The notes under the pieces: generated by a model
The model's database searches: none
Told to the model about the DNA's origin: nothing
What the model saw: the letters and a program-made list of their open reading frames with translations, nothing else
NCBI GenBank assembly: GCA_937899265.1
Contig: CALBPV010000002.1
Coordinates: forward strand, 1 to 61,970
Source: an uncultured Bacteroidales bacterium
GTDB lineage: Bacteria; Bacteroidota; Bacteroidia; Bacteroidales; UBA3663
Length of the DNA: 61,970 nt
Direction: 5' to 3'
Part shown: positions 38,791-46,955 of the stretch, piece after piece
Position numbering within the stretch: the first letter of the stretch is position 1
How the letters are laid out: every line of letters begins with the position of its first letter
Translations under genes and position numbers: made by a program

Positions 38791-39054
38791 CCGGAAACTC
38801 CGGAAACTCCGGAAGCTCCGGAAAATCCGGAAAACTCCGGAAAATCCGGGAAATCCGGGAAATCCGGGAAGTCCGGAAAGTCCGGAAAATCCGGAAACTC
38901 CGGAAAATCCGGAAAATCCGGGAAATCCGGAAAGTCCGGAAAATCCGGGAAACTCCGGAAAATCCGGGAAACTCCGGAAAATCCGGAAAATCCGGAACCT
39001 CCGGAAAATCCGGGAAATCCGGAACCTCCGGAAAATCCGGAAAATCCGGAACCT
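38791..39054 (+). repeat. 29-unit tandem array, consensus CCGG(A/G)AANT (26 nine-mers and 3 ten-mers)
   Basis: Counted unit by unit. TCCGGA is recreated at almost every junction. Confidence 0.95.
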
Positions 39055-39092
39055 CCGAAAAAGAAACCACCTAAAAAAACAACAGAAATAAA

Positions 39093-40505
39093 ATGAAGCG
39101 ATTTCTCTCCCTCCTCTGTCTGGCCGGACTCCTCGTTTCGGCCCATGCAAAAGTGTATGACGTGCGCGACTACGGAGCCAAAGGCGATGGCAAGACGCTC
39201 GACTCCCCCGCTCTCAACGCAGCCATCGATGCAGCTGTCGCCGACGGCGGCGGAACCGTCGAAGTGCCGGCAGGCACCTGGCTCTGCGGCAGCATCCACC
39301 TCAAGAGCAACATTGAGTTGCATTTGTCTCCCGGGGCCGTCATCAAAGCAGCCCCCCAAAAACTCAACGCCTACGATGAAAGCGAACCCTGGGAAGGACC
39401 CATGTACCAGGACGGCGGTCACACCTTCTTCCACAACAGCCTCATCTGGGCCGAAGGACAGAGCAACGTCTCCATCACGGGACACGGCATGATTGACGGT
39501 TCCAACCTCACCAAGAAGGACAAAGAGAAAGCCGGCATTGTGCTGGGCGGCAGCATCGGCATGGGCGACAAAGCCATTGCCCTCAAACTCTGCCGCAACA
39601 TCACCATCCGCGACATCACCATCTCGCGGGGCGGCCATTTTGCCATCATCATCACCGGGTGCGACATCGGCACGATAGACAATGTGACCATCGACACCAA
39701 CCGCGACGGCATCGACATCGACTGCTGCAAATACATCTCTGTCACCAACACGCGTGTCAATACGCCCCACGACGATGCCATCGTGCTCAAGAGTTCTTTT
39801 GCACTCAAGCGGAACGTTGCCTGCGAACACATCCTCATCGACAATTGTACAGTCACCGGCTACAAGGAAGGGTGCCTCCTCGACGGCTCCTACATCCCCG
39901 AGGAGGTCAACTGGGTGTGCGGTCGCATCAAACTGGGCACCGAGAGCAACGGCGGATATCAGGACATCGCCATCACCAACTGCTCCTGCCACTGGAGCTC
40001 CGGCTTGGCCTTCGAGGAAGTCGATGGAGGTCTGATGCGTAACATTGTGGTCGATAACATCACGATGAACCACGTGCACCATTATCCCATCTACATTACC
40101 ACCGGCTCCCGCTATCGCGGCCCGCAGGATTCCGTGGGCGTTTCGACGGGACAGAATATATATATTAATAATGTAGTGGCCAACGATGTCGATTCCCTTG
40201 CCGGCATCATCGTCACGGGCATGGAAGGCGCGCCCCTCCGCAACATCACCCTCTCCAACATCTATGTCAGCAGCCGGGGCGGCACGACCGAGGCACAGGC
40301 TCAGGAACTGGCCTCCACGCCCTATCGCGAACAGGGAACCAACTATCCCGAGCCCCGTTGGGCCGGTCCCACTCCTTCCTACGGAATGTTCGCCCGCCAC
40401 GTTGACGGCCTCCGTCTCGACAACGTCAACTTCGAGCTCCTACGTCCCGACGCCCGTCCCTGCATCATCACCGATGATGTACAGAACTACAAGAGAATAG
40501 AATAA
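39093..40505 (+). CDS. glycoside hydrolase family 28 (polygalacturonase-like)
   Basis: Signal peptide. YDVRDYGAKGDGKTLDS. Parallel beta-helix repeats with NTPHDDAIV / RIKLGTES. Confidence 0.85.
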   Translation: MKRFLSLLCLAGLLVSAHAKVYDVRDYGAKGDGKTLDSPALNAAIDAAVADGGGTVEVPAGTWLCGSIHLKSNIELHLSPGAVIKAAPQKLNAYDESEPWEGPMYQDGGHTFFHNSLIWAEGQSNVSITGHGMIDGSNLTKKDKEKAGIVLGGSIGMGDKAIALKLCRNITIRDITISRGGHFAIIITGCDIGTIDNVTIDTNRDGIDIDCCKYISVTNTRVNTPHDDAIVLKSSFALKRNVACEHILIDNCTVTGYKEGCLLDGSYIPEEVNWVCGRIKLGTESNGGYQDIAITNCSCHWSSGLAFEEVDGGLMRNIVVDNITMNHVHHYPIYITTGSRYRGPQDSVGVSTGQNIYINNVVANDVDSLAGIIVTGMEGAPLRNITLSNIYVSSRGGTTEAQAQELASTPYREQGTNYPEPRWAGPTPSYGMFARHVDGLRLDNVNFELLRPDARPCIITDDVQNYKRIE

Positions 40506-40541
40506 AAAATCCCGTCCGATGATTGTCGGACGGGATTTTTT
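40505..40541. terminator. bidirectional rho-independent terminator
   Basis: ATCCCGTCCGA-N6-TCGGACGGGAT flanked by A6 and T5. Confidence 0.8.
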
Positions 40542-40555
40542 ATGATGACGCGGGA

Positions 40556-40963
40556 TTAATAGGTGATGATGGGCTCGAGCTCCTTGGCCTGAGCTATCAT
40601 CTTCTCCACTTCTGTAACGGAAGGAACGCGGTTGCAGAGGTTCTTCTCTTTGTTCACTTCCTCAAGCTTGGGCTGGAGGTTGGCAGCTACGCGATGACGG
40701 AATTCCTTCACGGTGTCAACACCGGCTGCTTCGAGCAGTTCTGCAAACTGGCCTGCGATACCGTTGATGCGGAAAAGGTCTGCATGGTTGGTCCACTTGA
40801 GAATGAGTTTCTCTGAGATACCTGTCTTCTCGGCCAAAGCCTTGCGGCCGGCGGGGGCAGCGCAGTTCTTGAGAAGGTCTTCTGTGGTTTTGACACCTGC
40901 ATCCTGAAGTTTCTGTGCATAAACTTCGCCGATGCCTTCGATTTCGATAATCTTGTAAGCCAT
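40556..40963 (-). CDS. DUF4332-type helix-hairpin-helix protein, 135 aa
   Basis: IEGIGEVYAQKLQDAGVKTTEDLL and a second HhH-like repeat. Confidence 0.7.
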   Translation of the reverse strand: MAYKIIEIEGIGEVYAQKLQDAGVKTTEDLLKNCAAPAGRKALAEKTGISEKLILKWTNHADLFRINGIAGQFAELLEAAGVDTVKEFRHRVAANLQPKLEEVNKEKNLCNRVPSVTEVEKMIAQAKELEPIITY

Positions 40964-41000
40964 TGTCGTAAAAAAGTTTTTAGTGTTAAGAATGTTGCTG

Positions 41001-41031
41001 CAAATGTACGTATTTTTTTTGAAATTGCAAA
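41001..41031 (-). promoter_or_regulatory. Bacteroides-type promoter TTTG-N19-TACATTTG
   Basis: On the + strand, CAAATGTA at 41001-41008 and CAAA at 41028-41031. About 38 nt upstream of ATG 40963. Confidence 0.55.
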
Positions 41032-41077
41032 TGTTTTTTCAAAAAAAATGGATATTTGTCGCCAAAATGAGACTTTT

Positions 41078-42631
41078 TTATGCGTTTATTCCCCTTTTGA
41101 TGGCCTTAAATGCTGCGCCGAGGTGCGAAATGAGGTCGCTCGGAAGGAAGGATTCTTCGCTTTCTCCGTCCAAAGCCGCATCGGCCGCGAGGTTGTGGAG
41201 TGTCACGCCGAGGGCGGCTGCATCCTTCGGTTCGTAATGTTGTGCCAGGAGGGACAGTAGGATTCCCGTGAGCGTGTCGCCCGAACCGCCCACAGCCATG
41301 CCGGGATGTCCGTGACCGTAATTGAAGCGGACGCTTCCGTCGGCTCCTATCACTGCCGTATAGGTTCCCTTGAATACGATGTTGACATACAGTTTCTGTG
41401 CCAGCATCCGCAGGCCACGCAGCAGCTGCAGCGAGGTCTCTGCGGGAGGAGCTTCCCAGTCGGAGAAGCGGCTTCCGGCGGCTTTGAGCAGTCGCCGTGC
41501 CTCGCCCGGATGGGGCGTGAGGATGGAGTTGCGGGGAAGGAGGGTCAGCCTGTCGGGATGTGCGGCGATGAGATTCAGGGCGTCGGCGTCTATCACCATG
41601 GGGCGCACCGCAGTGCGAAGCAATTCCTGCAAGGCCTGGCCGGTCTCGGAAGCCTGTCCCAAACCCGGTCCCACGGCGATGGCATCCCATCCGGCCTCTT
41701 TGTCGGGCAGGCTCTTCCAATGGTCGGGATGCGTGTCCGTCTCGCACTTGGCTTCCGGGCAACCCTGTTGCAGGATTTCATAGCCGCAGCCCGGCACATG
41801 CACCGTGAGCAGTCCCACGCCGCTGCGCATACAGGCTCTGGCCGCCAGCAGTGCAGCCCCCATCATGCCCCGCGACCCGGCCACGAGGAGGGCTTGTCCG
41901 TAGTCGTTCTTGTGGCTGAAACGCGACCGTCGTTTGAGCAGCGCCGCCATTTCCCTCTCCTCTATAATATAATATGGAGAGACCGAATTGGCGATGGCCT
42001 CGGCATCGATGCCGATGTCCAGGACCGTGACTTCTCCGCAATAACTTCCGCCCTCGGGAAAAAGCATCGAGAGCTTGGGATGGGTGAAGGTGAGGGTGTA
42101 GTCTGCCTGTACGCATTTGCCCTTGACACCTTCTTCGCCCGTCAGCCCCGACGGCACGTCGATGGACACTACGGTGCCTTCCGACTCGTTGATGCGGTCG
42201 GTCATATAGCCGAACATGCCTTCTATCGGACGGTTCAAGCCGCTGCCGAAGAGTGCGTCCACCACCCAGTCGTCCGGCCCCGTTGCGGGCAGTTCCGTGG
42301 ACAGGGTCATCATCACAGCCGCCTCGCCGGCATCGCGGAAGGCACGTTCGCAATCGCCCGACAGACGGCCCGACGGCGAAGGCACCAGATAGGCCGTCGC
42401 ATTCCTGTAGCCTTTCTCCCGCAACAGGCGCACCAGCACCAGCGCATCGCCTCCGTTGTTGCCGGGCCCGGCGAAGAGTGTGATGCGGGTCTCGCGCGAC
42501 GTTATGCGTGAGCAGAACCAGCGGGCCAGTTCCCCGGCCGCGCGGTTCATCAGCTCGTAGCTGTCAATCCCTTGCCGCTCGCACGTCTTGCGGTCAAGGT
42601 CGGGGACTTCGGAGGTAAAGGGGAGTTTCAT
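41078..42631 (-). CDS. nnr: bifunctional NAD(P)H-hydrate epimerase / ADP-dependent dehydratase
   Basis: YjeF-N (GPGNNGGDALV) and YjeF-C (GPGLG..., GSGDTLTG) domains. ATG at 42631 (the track start at 42640 is TTG). Confidence 0.88.
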   Translation of the reverse strand: MKLPFTSEVPDLDRKTCERQGIDSYELMNRAAGELARWFCSRITSRETRITLFAGPGNNGGDALVLVRLLREKGYRNATAYLVPSPSGRLSGDCERAFRDAGEAAVMMTLSTELPATGPDDWVVDALFGSGLNRPIEGMFGYMTDRINESEGTVVSIDVPSGLTGEEGVKGKCVQADYTLTFTHPKLSMLFPEGGSYCGEVTVLDIGIDAEAIANSVSPYYIIEEREMAALLKRRSRFSHKNDYGQALLVAGSRGMMGAALLAARACMRSGVGLLTVHVPGCGYEILQQGCPEAKCETDTHPDHWKSLPDKEAGWDAIAVGPGLGQASETGQALQELLRTAVRPMVIDADALNLIAAHPDRLTLLPRNSILTPHPGEARRLLKAAGSRFSDWEAPPAETSLQLLRGLRMLAQKLYVNIVFKGTYTAVIGADGSVRFNYGHGHPGMAVGGSGDTLTGILLSLLAQHYEPKDAAALGVTLHNLAADAALDGESEESFLPSDLISHLGAAFKAIKRGINA

Positions 42632-42639
42632 AATACACA

Positions 42640-42661
42640 AATCGCCGGTTTCCCGGCGATT
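42640..42661 (-). terminator. 9-bp-stem hairpin AATCGCCGG-TTTC-CCGGCGATT between GH28 and nnr
   Basis: Seven nt after the GH28 stop and followed by a U-rich stretch. It may only attenuate, because nnr starts 9 nt later. Confidence 0.45.
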
Positions 42662-42667
42662 GGAACT

Positions 42668-44113
42668 TCAGAGCACATCCGGAATGGCGGGACTGTTCTC
42701 GCCGTTGAGGAGCACATCGGTTTGTCGGATGTTGCGGTACTTTCCGCGCAGGTTGTGACGTCCTTTCTCCACGTTGCTCCAGTTGCAGTTCTTGACGTTC
42801 ACGTCATAGAGGTTGCATTCGTCCTCCAGACCGATGAGGTAAATGCCGAACCGGGACTTCTTGCAGTTGACGTTCTCGAGGTTGACGTTACGCACAACGG
42901 GATTGTTGCCGCGACGACACACCTCGTTGTGTTCGTAGTCGAGGTTGATGCGGAGCACCGCCTCGCGGCACTGTCCCACCTCCACGTTTCTCACATAGAT
43001 GTTCTCTATCGTTCCGCCTCGGCAGGAACTGGTCTTGATACGTATCACGCGGTCCAAGTTGGGCGAGTCCATCGTGCAGTTCTCCACATAGAGGTTGCGG
43101 TAACCGCCGGAAATCTCCGAACCTATCACCACGCCGCCGTGCCCGGCTGCAAAGTGGCAGTCTCTCACCACGATGTTCTGCGAGGGGGTGTTCCACTTGC
43201 GTCCGTCCATGTTGCGTCCGCTCTTGATGGCGATGCAGTCGTCGCCCGTGTTGAACGTGCAGCCTTCAATCAGGACGCGGTTGCAGGACTCGGGGTCGCA
43301 GCCGTCGCCGTTGGGACCTTGGTTGTTCACCTTCACGCGGCGCACTATCAGGTCGTTGCAGAACAGGGGGTGAATCACCCAGAAAGGCGAGCTTTCCAAC
43401 GTCACGTCCTCAATGAGCACCTGCGTGCAGCGGTAGAAGTTGACAAACTGCGGACGCATGCCGTCATTGGCCGTAAACTGGCGCAGATAGACGGGGGTCT
43501 GGCTCTCGCCCCACTGCAGAAGCTGGGCTCGCGAACCGTTGCGCTGGCTCACTTTGCCGTCCGACCATCCGTAGTGCTCGGCTCCGCACATCGCCCACCA
43601 GTTGTCGTTCGTGGCCTGCGCGTCGAGTTTGCCCTTGCCCGTGAGGGCGATGTTGGTGCAGCCGTAGGCGTAAATCAGCGGATGCGTATTGTAACAATCC
43701 AAACCTTCCCAACGCGTCAGCACGGCGGGGAAATAGAGATTGGGCTCGGTCGAGAATTTCAGCACGGCACCGTCCGAGAGATGCAGGTTCACATTGCTCA
43801 TCATCGTGATGGGACCCGTGATGTAGGTGCTGTCGGGAATCACTACCGTGCCGCCGCCTTCCTGCGAACAGGTGACGATGGCCAGATTGATGGCATCGTG
43901 GGCCAGGGCCAAACGCCGTTGCGGAACGGCGGCCTTGGCTCCGAAATCCGTGATATTATATACCCGGTCGGGGAACTGTGTCTTTTTGATTGCATTCACG
44001 ATTGAGTCGGCTTGTTGCCAGGGACCGGAGGCCGGCCTCGGCTTCGCCTTGGCATTGACGGCAGTGAATACACAGAGCGACGCCAACGCGGTCAGTAAGG
44101 TGGTTTTAATCAT
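42668..44113 (-). CDS. glycoside hydrolase family 28 (exo-polygalacturonase-like)
   Basis: Signal peptide. NITDFGAK. Beta-helix with NTGDDCIAIKSG / GHGGVVIGSE / RIKT. Confidence 0.88.
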   Translation of the reverse strand: MIKTTLLTALASLCVFTAVNAKAKPRPASGPWQQADSIVNAIKKTQFPDRVYNITDFGAKAAVPQRRLALAHDAINLAIVTCSQEGGGTVVIPDSTYITGPITMMSNVNLHLSDGAVLKFSTEPNLYFPAVLTRWEGLDCYNTHPLIYAYGCTNIALTGKGKLDAQATNDNWWAMCGAEHYGWSDGKVSQRNGSRAQLLQWGESQTPVYLRQFTANDGMRPQFVNFYRCTQVLIEDVTLESSPFWVIHPLFCNDLIVRRVKVNNQGPNGDGCDPESCNRVLIEGCTFNTGDDCIAIKSGRNMDGRKWNTPSQNIVVRDCHFAAGHGGVVIGSEISGGYRNLYVENCTMDSPNLDRVIRIKTSSCRGGTIENIYVRNVEVGQCREAVLRINLDYEHNEVCRRGNNPVVRNVNLENVNCKKSRFGIYLIGLEDECNLYDVNVKNCNWSNVEKGRHNLRGKYRNIRQTDVLLNGENSPAIPDVL

Positions 44114-44155
44114 CTTTTTTCTTGGTTTGTACTAAAACTTGCAAATTAATCGGTG

Positions 44156-44163
44156 CAAAGATA
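44156..44163 (-). promoter_or_regulatory. -7 box TATCTTTG for GH28
   Basis: CAAAGATA on the + strand, about 43 nt from ATG 44113. Confidence 0.4.
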
Positions 44164-44205
44164 AAAAAAATATGTGAAATATCGAAATATTTGGAGAATT
44201 TTCTT

Positions 44206-44213
44206 TATCTTTG
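44206..44213 (+). promoter_or_regulatory. -7 box TATCTTTG for the DUF456 operon
   Basis: About 55 nt upstream of ATG 44269. Confidence 0.4.
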
Positions 44214-44268
44214 CAGTGTTTTTTAAGAAAAAAATACATTTTTCCACCGCTTTGTTTGTCCTGTTGCA

Positions 44269-44766
44269 ATGACAACACTTACCGTCATACTCGTCATCGT
44301 CGCCATCCTCTTGGCGCTCACCGGCATCGTCGGAGCCGTCGTTCCCGCCCTGCCCGGTCCTCCTCTCACGTTTGCCGGCATGCTGACCGCCTATTTTCTT
44401 TTCCCGGGCGAGATTTCCGGCTCCACGGTGCTTGTGATGTTCACGCTCACCGTGGTTGTCTCCATCCTCGACTATGTGGCGCCCGTTCTCCTGACCAAAA
44501 TGGGAGGCGGCTCCAAGCCGGGTGTGACGGGCACGACCATCGGCACTGTCGTGGGGTTGTTCTTCTTGCCGTCCGGCATCATTTGGGGACCTTTCCTGGG
44601 GGCTCTCATCGGAGAACTCATCCACGGAGCCACTTTGGGCCGAAGCCTCAAGGTGGCCGTGATTTCCTTCATCTCGTTTCTGCTCACCACAGGCTTCAAA
44701 CTGATTCTCTCCATCGCAATGACCTGGCTCACGATGTCGGCCACCTATTCTCACATCACGGGATGA
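44269..44766 (+). CDS. DUF456-family membrane protein, 165 aa
   Basis: Four TM helices. LTGIVGAVVPALPGPPL is typical of DUF456. Confidence 0.7.
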   Translation: MTTLTVILVIVAILLALTGIVGAVVPALPGPPLTFAGMLTAYFLFPGEISGSTVLVMFTLTVVVSILDYVAPVLLTKMGGGSKPGVTGTTIGTVVGLFFLPSGIIWGPFLGALIGELIHGATLGRSLKVAVISFISFLLTTGFKLILSIAMTWLTMSATYSHITG

Positions 44767-45674
44767 GACTTTTCTTTCCGGAACACGACATGGCGCTGGC
44801 CAATGGCGTGAAGCATTTCAATCCGCCGCGCATGGCTGTCGAACTGGCCGCACGCGGCGAATCTCTTGCGCCCTGGTGGCAACGGCTCGGCCAAGGACCC
44901 CTGCCCTGGGGCTGGAACTGGGATTCTCGCGCGGAACTGCGCCGGAGCGGGGTGCCCTTCGAGGCTCTGCCCTCCGACGGGGAACTTCACGAGATACGCC
45001 GCCTTTCGAGCCGCGAACAGACACTCTCCATATTGTCTCGCATGAGGGAGCTTTGTCCCGCCATCGCCCTCCCCGAACGCATCGACAGTGCCGAGGCGCT
45101 CGACAGGTATCTGTCCCTCCACGAGAAGGACACTTACGTGCTCAAAAGCCCTTGGAGCAGCAGCGGACGCGGCCTTTCGCTCCATCCCGCCCAGGACAGT
45201 GCCTCGCTCCGCCGCCGAGGGCTGCACGTGCTCCGTCGGATGGGATGCATCCTGGCCGAACCCTGGTACGACAAGGTGCAGGACTTTGCGATGCTCTTTT
45301 TCATCGACCGCGAACGGCGCGTCTCCTTCGAGGGCTACTCCCTCTTCGACAACGATGCACGGGGCACTTACCTCCGAGGTCTTCTGGCCTCCAATGCCGA
45401 GATAGAAGCGACCCTCGCAAGACGGGGTGCCGATTCCTTGCTGTTGGCCGGCATCCGCGACATCCTGCTCGGATGGCTCCGCGAGGCCGTAACGCCCTTC
45501 CGCTCCAACTTCCCCCTCGGCTGGGTCGGCGCGGACATGATGATTGTACGGAAGAACGGCTCCTTGACGGTGCATCCTTGCGTCGAACTCAACCTGCGAT
45601 GCACCTTGGGGGTGGTGGCCAGAAATATGTACGACCGCGAGGGAAAGACCGGCTTTTTCACCTTCAAAAAGTAA
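44763..45674 (+). CDS. ATP-grasp-like hypothetical protein, 303 aa
   Basis: ATGA overlap with the DUF456 stop. YVLKSPWSSSGRG..., ..VELNLR resemble ATP-grasp cores. Confidence 0.5.
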   Translation: MRLFFPEHDMALANGVKHFNPPRMAVELAARGESLAPWWQRLGQGPLPWGWNWDSRAELRRSGVPFEALPSDGELHEIRRLSSREQTLSILSRMRELCPAIALPERIDSAEALDRYLSLHEKDTYVLKSPWSSSGRGLSLHPAQDSASLRRRGLHVLRRMGCILAEPWYDKVQDFAMLFFIDRERRVSFEGYSLFDNDARGTYLRGLLASNAEIEATLARRGADSLLLAGIRDILLGWLREAVTPFRSNFPLGWVGADMMIVRKNGSLTVHPCVELNLRCTLGVVARNMYDREGKTGFFTFKK

Positions 45675-45756
45675 AATCGAGGGGACAAAAGACGAAAATG
45701 TAGGGGTATTTTGACGAAAAGTCAAGGATATTGATCCTTATTTCAAAAAAAAACAT

Positions 45757-45764
45757 TATCTTTG
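45757..45764 (+). promoter_or_regulatory. -7 box TATCTTTG upstream of lpxD
   Basis: Twenty-two nt before ATG 45787. Confidence 0.45.
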
Positions 45765-45786
45765 CTGCAAAAAGAATACGCAAAGT

Positions 45787-46803
45787 ATGGAATTTACCGC
45801 TCAACAAATTGCAGAATTTCTGCATGGCACGATTGTGGGCGACGCCACCGTCAAGGTGCATGACGTCTCCAAAATCGAAGAGGGCCGTCCCGGCACGCTG
45901 ACGTTCATGGCCGACCCCAAGTTCGCCCATTATCTGCTCTCCACGGAGGCTGCCGTTGCCATCGTGAACCGCAGCTACGAGGTGGAGCCCGGCGTGAAGC
46001 CCACGCTCATCCAAGTCGAGGATGCCCGTGCCGCCGTGGCCCAGTTGCTCACCATGGTTCAGATGGCCACCACGCCCCGCCGTTCGGGCATCGAACAGCC
46101 TTCCTTCATCGCCGAGGGTGTCGAGGTTCCGGCCTCGGCTTGGGTGGGAGCTTTCTCCTACATCTCGCGCGGTGCCAAAATCGGCGAGGGTTGTCAGATT
46201 TATCCCCAGGTCTTCATCGGCGAAGGTGTCGAAATCGGAGCCGGCACAACGCTCTACGCCGGCGTGAAGATTTATGCAGGCTGCAAAGTGGGACCCGACT
46301 CCATACTCCACGCCGGGTGCGTGATAGGTGCCGACGGCTTCGGCTTCGTGCCGCAGGGCGATGCCTATCAGAAGATGCCCCAAATCGGAAACGTCATCCT
46401 GGAGGGCAACAACGAAATAGGAGCCAACACGACCATCGACCGCTCGACCATGGGCTCCACCATTGTGCGCAAGGGTACGAAAATTGACAATCTGGTACAA
46501 ATCGGGCACAACTGCGAAATCGGACAGAACACGATTCTCTGCGCCCAGGTGGGCGTAGCAGGTTCGACCAAGGTGGGCGACTGGTGTACGCTGGCCGGAC
46601 AAGTGGGTGTGGCCGGACACATCGCCATCGGCGACCGTGTCACCGTCGGCGCCCAGTCCGGCATCCCCGGCAACGTCAAGTCCGATCAGGTGCTCATGGG
46701 CTATCCCGCCATTCCCGCCCGCGACTGGTCCCGTCAGGCCGTCATGCTCAAGCGTCTCGAACAGATGTGGCATGACCTCGACACCCTCAAAAAGAAGAAA
46801 TAG
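45787..46803 (+). CDS. lpxD: UDP-3-O-acylglucosamine N-acyltransferase
   Basis: LpxD N-terminal domain plus hexapeptide (LbH) repeats. Confidence 0.92.
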   Translation: MEFTAQQIAEFLHGTIVGDATVKVHDVSKIEEGRPGTLTFMADPKFAHYLLSTEAAVAIVNRSYEVEPGVKPTLIQVEDARAAVAQLLTMVQMATTPRRSGIEQPSFIAEGVEVPASAWVGAFSYISRGAKIGEGCQIYPQVFIGEGVEIGAGTTLYAGVKIYAGCKVGPDSILHAGCVIGADGFGFVPQGDAYQKMPQIGNVILEGNNEIGANTTIDRSTMGSTIVRKGTKIDNLVQIGHNCEIGQNTILCAQVGVAGSTKVGDWCTLAGQVGVAGHIAIGDRVTVGAQSGIPGNVKSDQVLMGYPAIPARDWSRQAVMLKRLEQMWHDLDTLKKKK

Positions 46804-46809
46804 AACAGG

Positions 46810-46921
46810 CCGGAAATCCCGGAATCTCCGGAAGCCCCGGAATCTCCGGAAACCCCGGAAACCCCGGAATCTCCGGAATCTCCGGAAAATCCGGAAAATC
46901 CGGAAAATCCGGAAAATCCGG
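46810..46921 (+). repeat. 12 x 9-bp CCGGAANNN array plus CCGGCTCCC cap
   Basis: Counted. Same family as the array at 38791. Confidence 0.95.
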
Positions 46922-46955
46922 CTCCCCCCGAAAAAAAAACTCAACAACAAGAAAT

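Noticed and set aside
38791-39054. CRISPR array hypothesis, also considered for 52894-53172 and 55581-55870
   Set aside because: The 9/10-bp arrays have no spacers at all. In the 82-bp array the entire unit is repeated, so there are no unique spacers. No cas genes are present in the window.
38578-39150. PE-, SGK- and RKL/FRI-repeat ORFs (38701-39096, 38738-39091, 38666-39070, 38578-39150), and similar ORFs at 46787-47059, 49033-49331 and 50969-51321
   Set aside because: These are translations of the 9/10-bp tandem arrays, which lack stops in all six frames. They have no plausible start context, and they overlap each other in several frames.
37833-40400. 855-aa ORF on the - strand
   Set aside because: It is antisense to the LTA-synthase-family and GH28 genes and is bridged by the stop-free repeat array at 38791-39054. 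The product is Gly/Ala/Val/Asp-rich with no motifs.
44211-44762. Upstream part of track ORF 44211-45674 (487 aa)
   Set aside because: It overlaps the DUF456 gene in another frame and is Arg/His-rich nonsense. The ATP-grasp-like protein starts at ATG 44763, coupled to the DUF456 stop.
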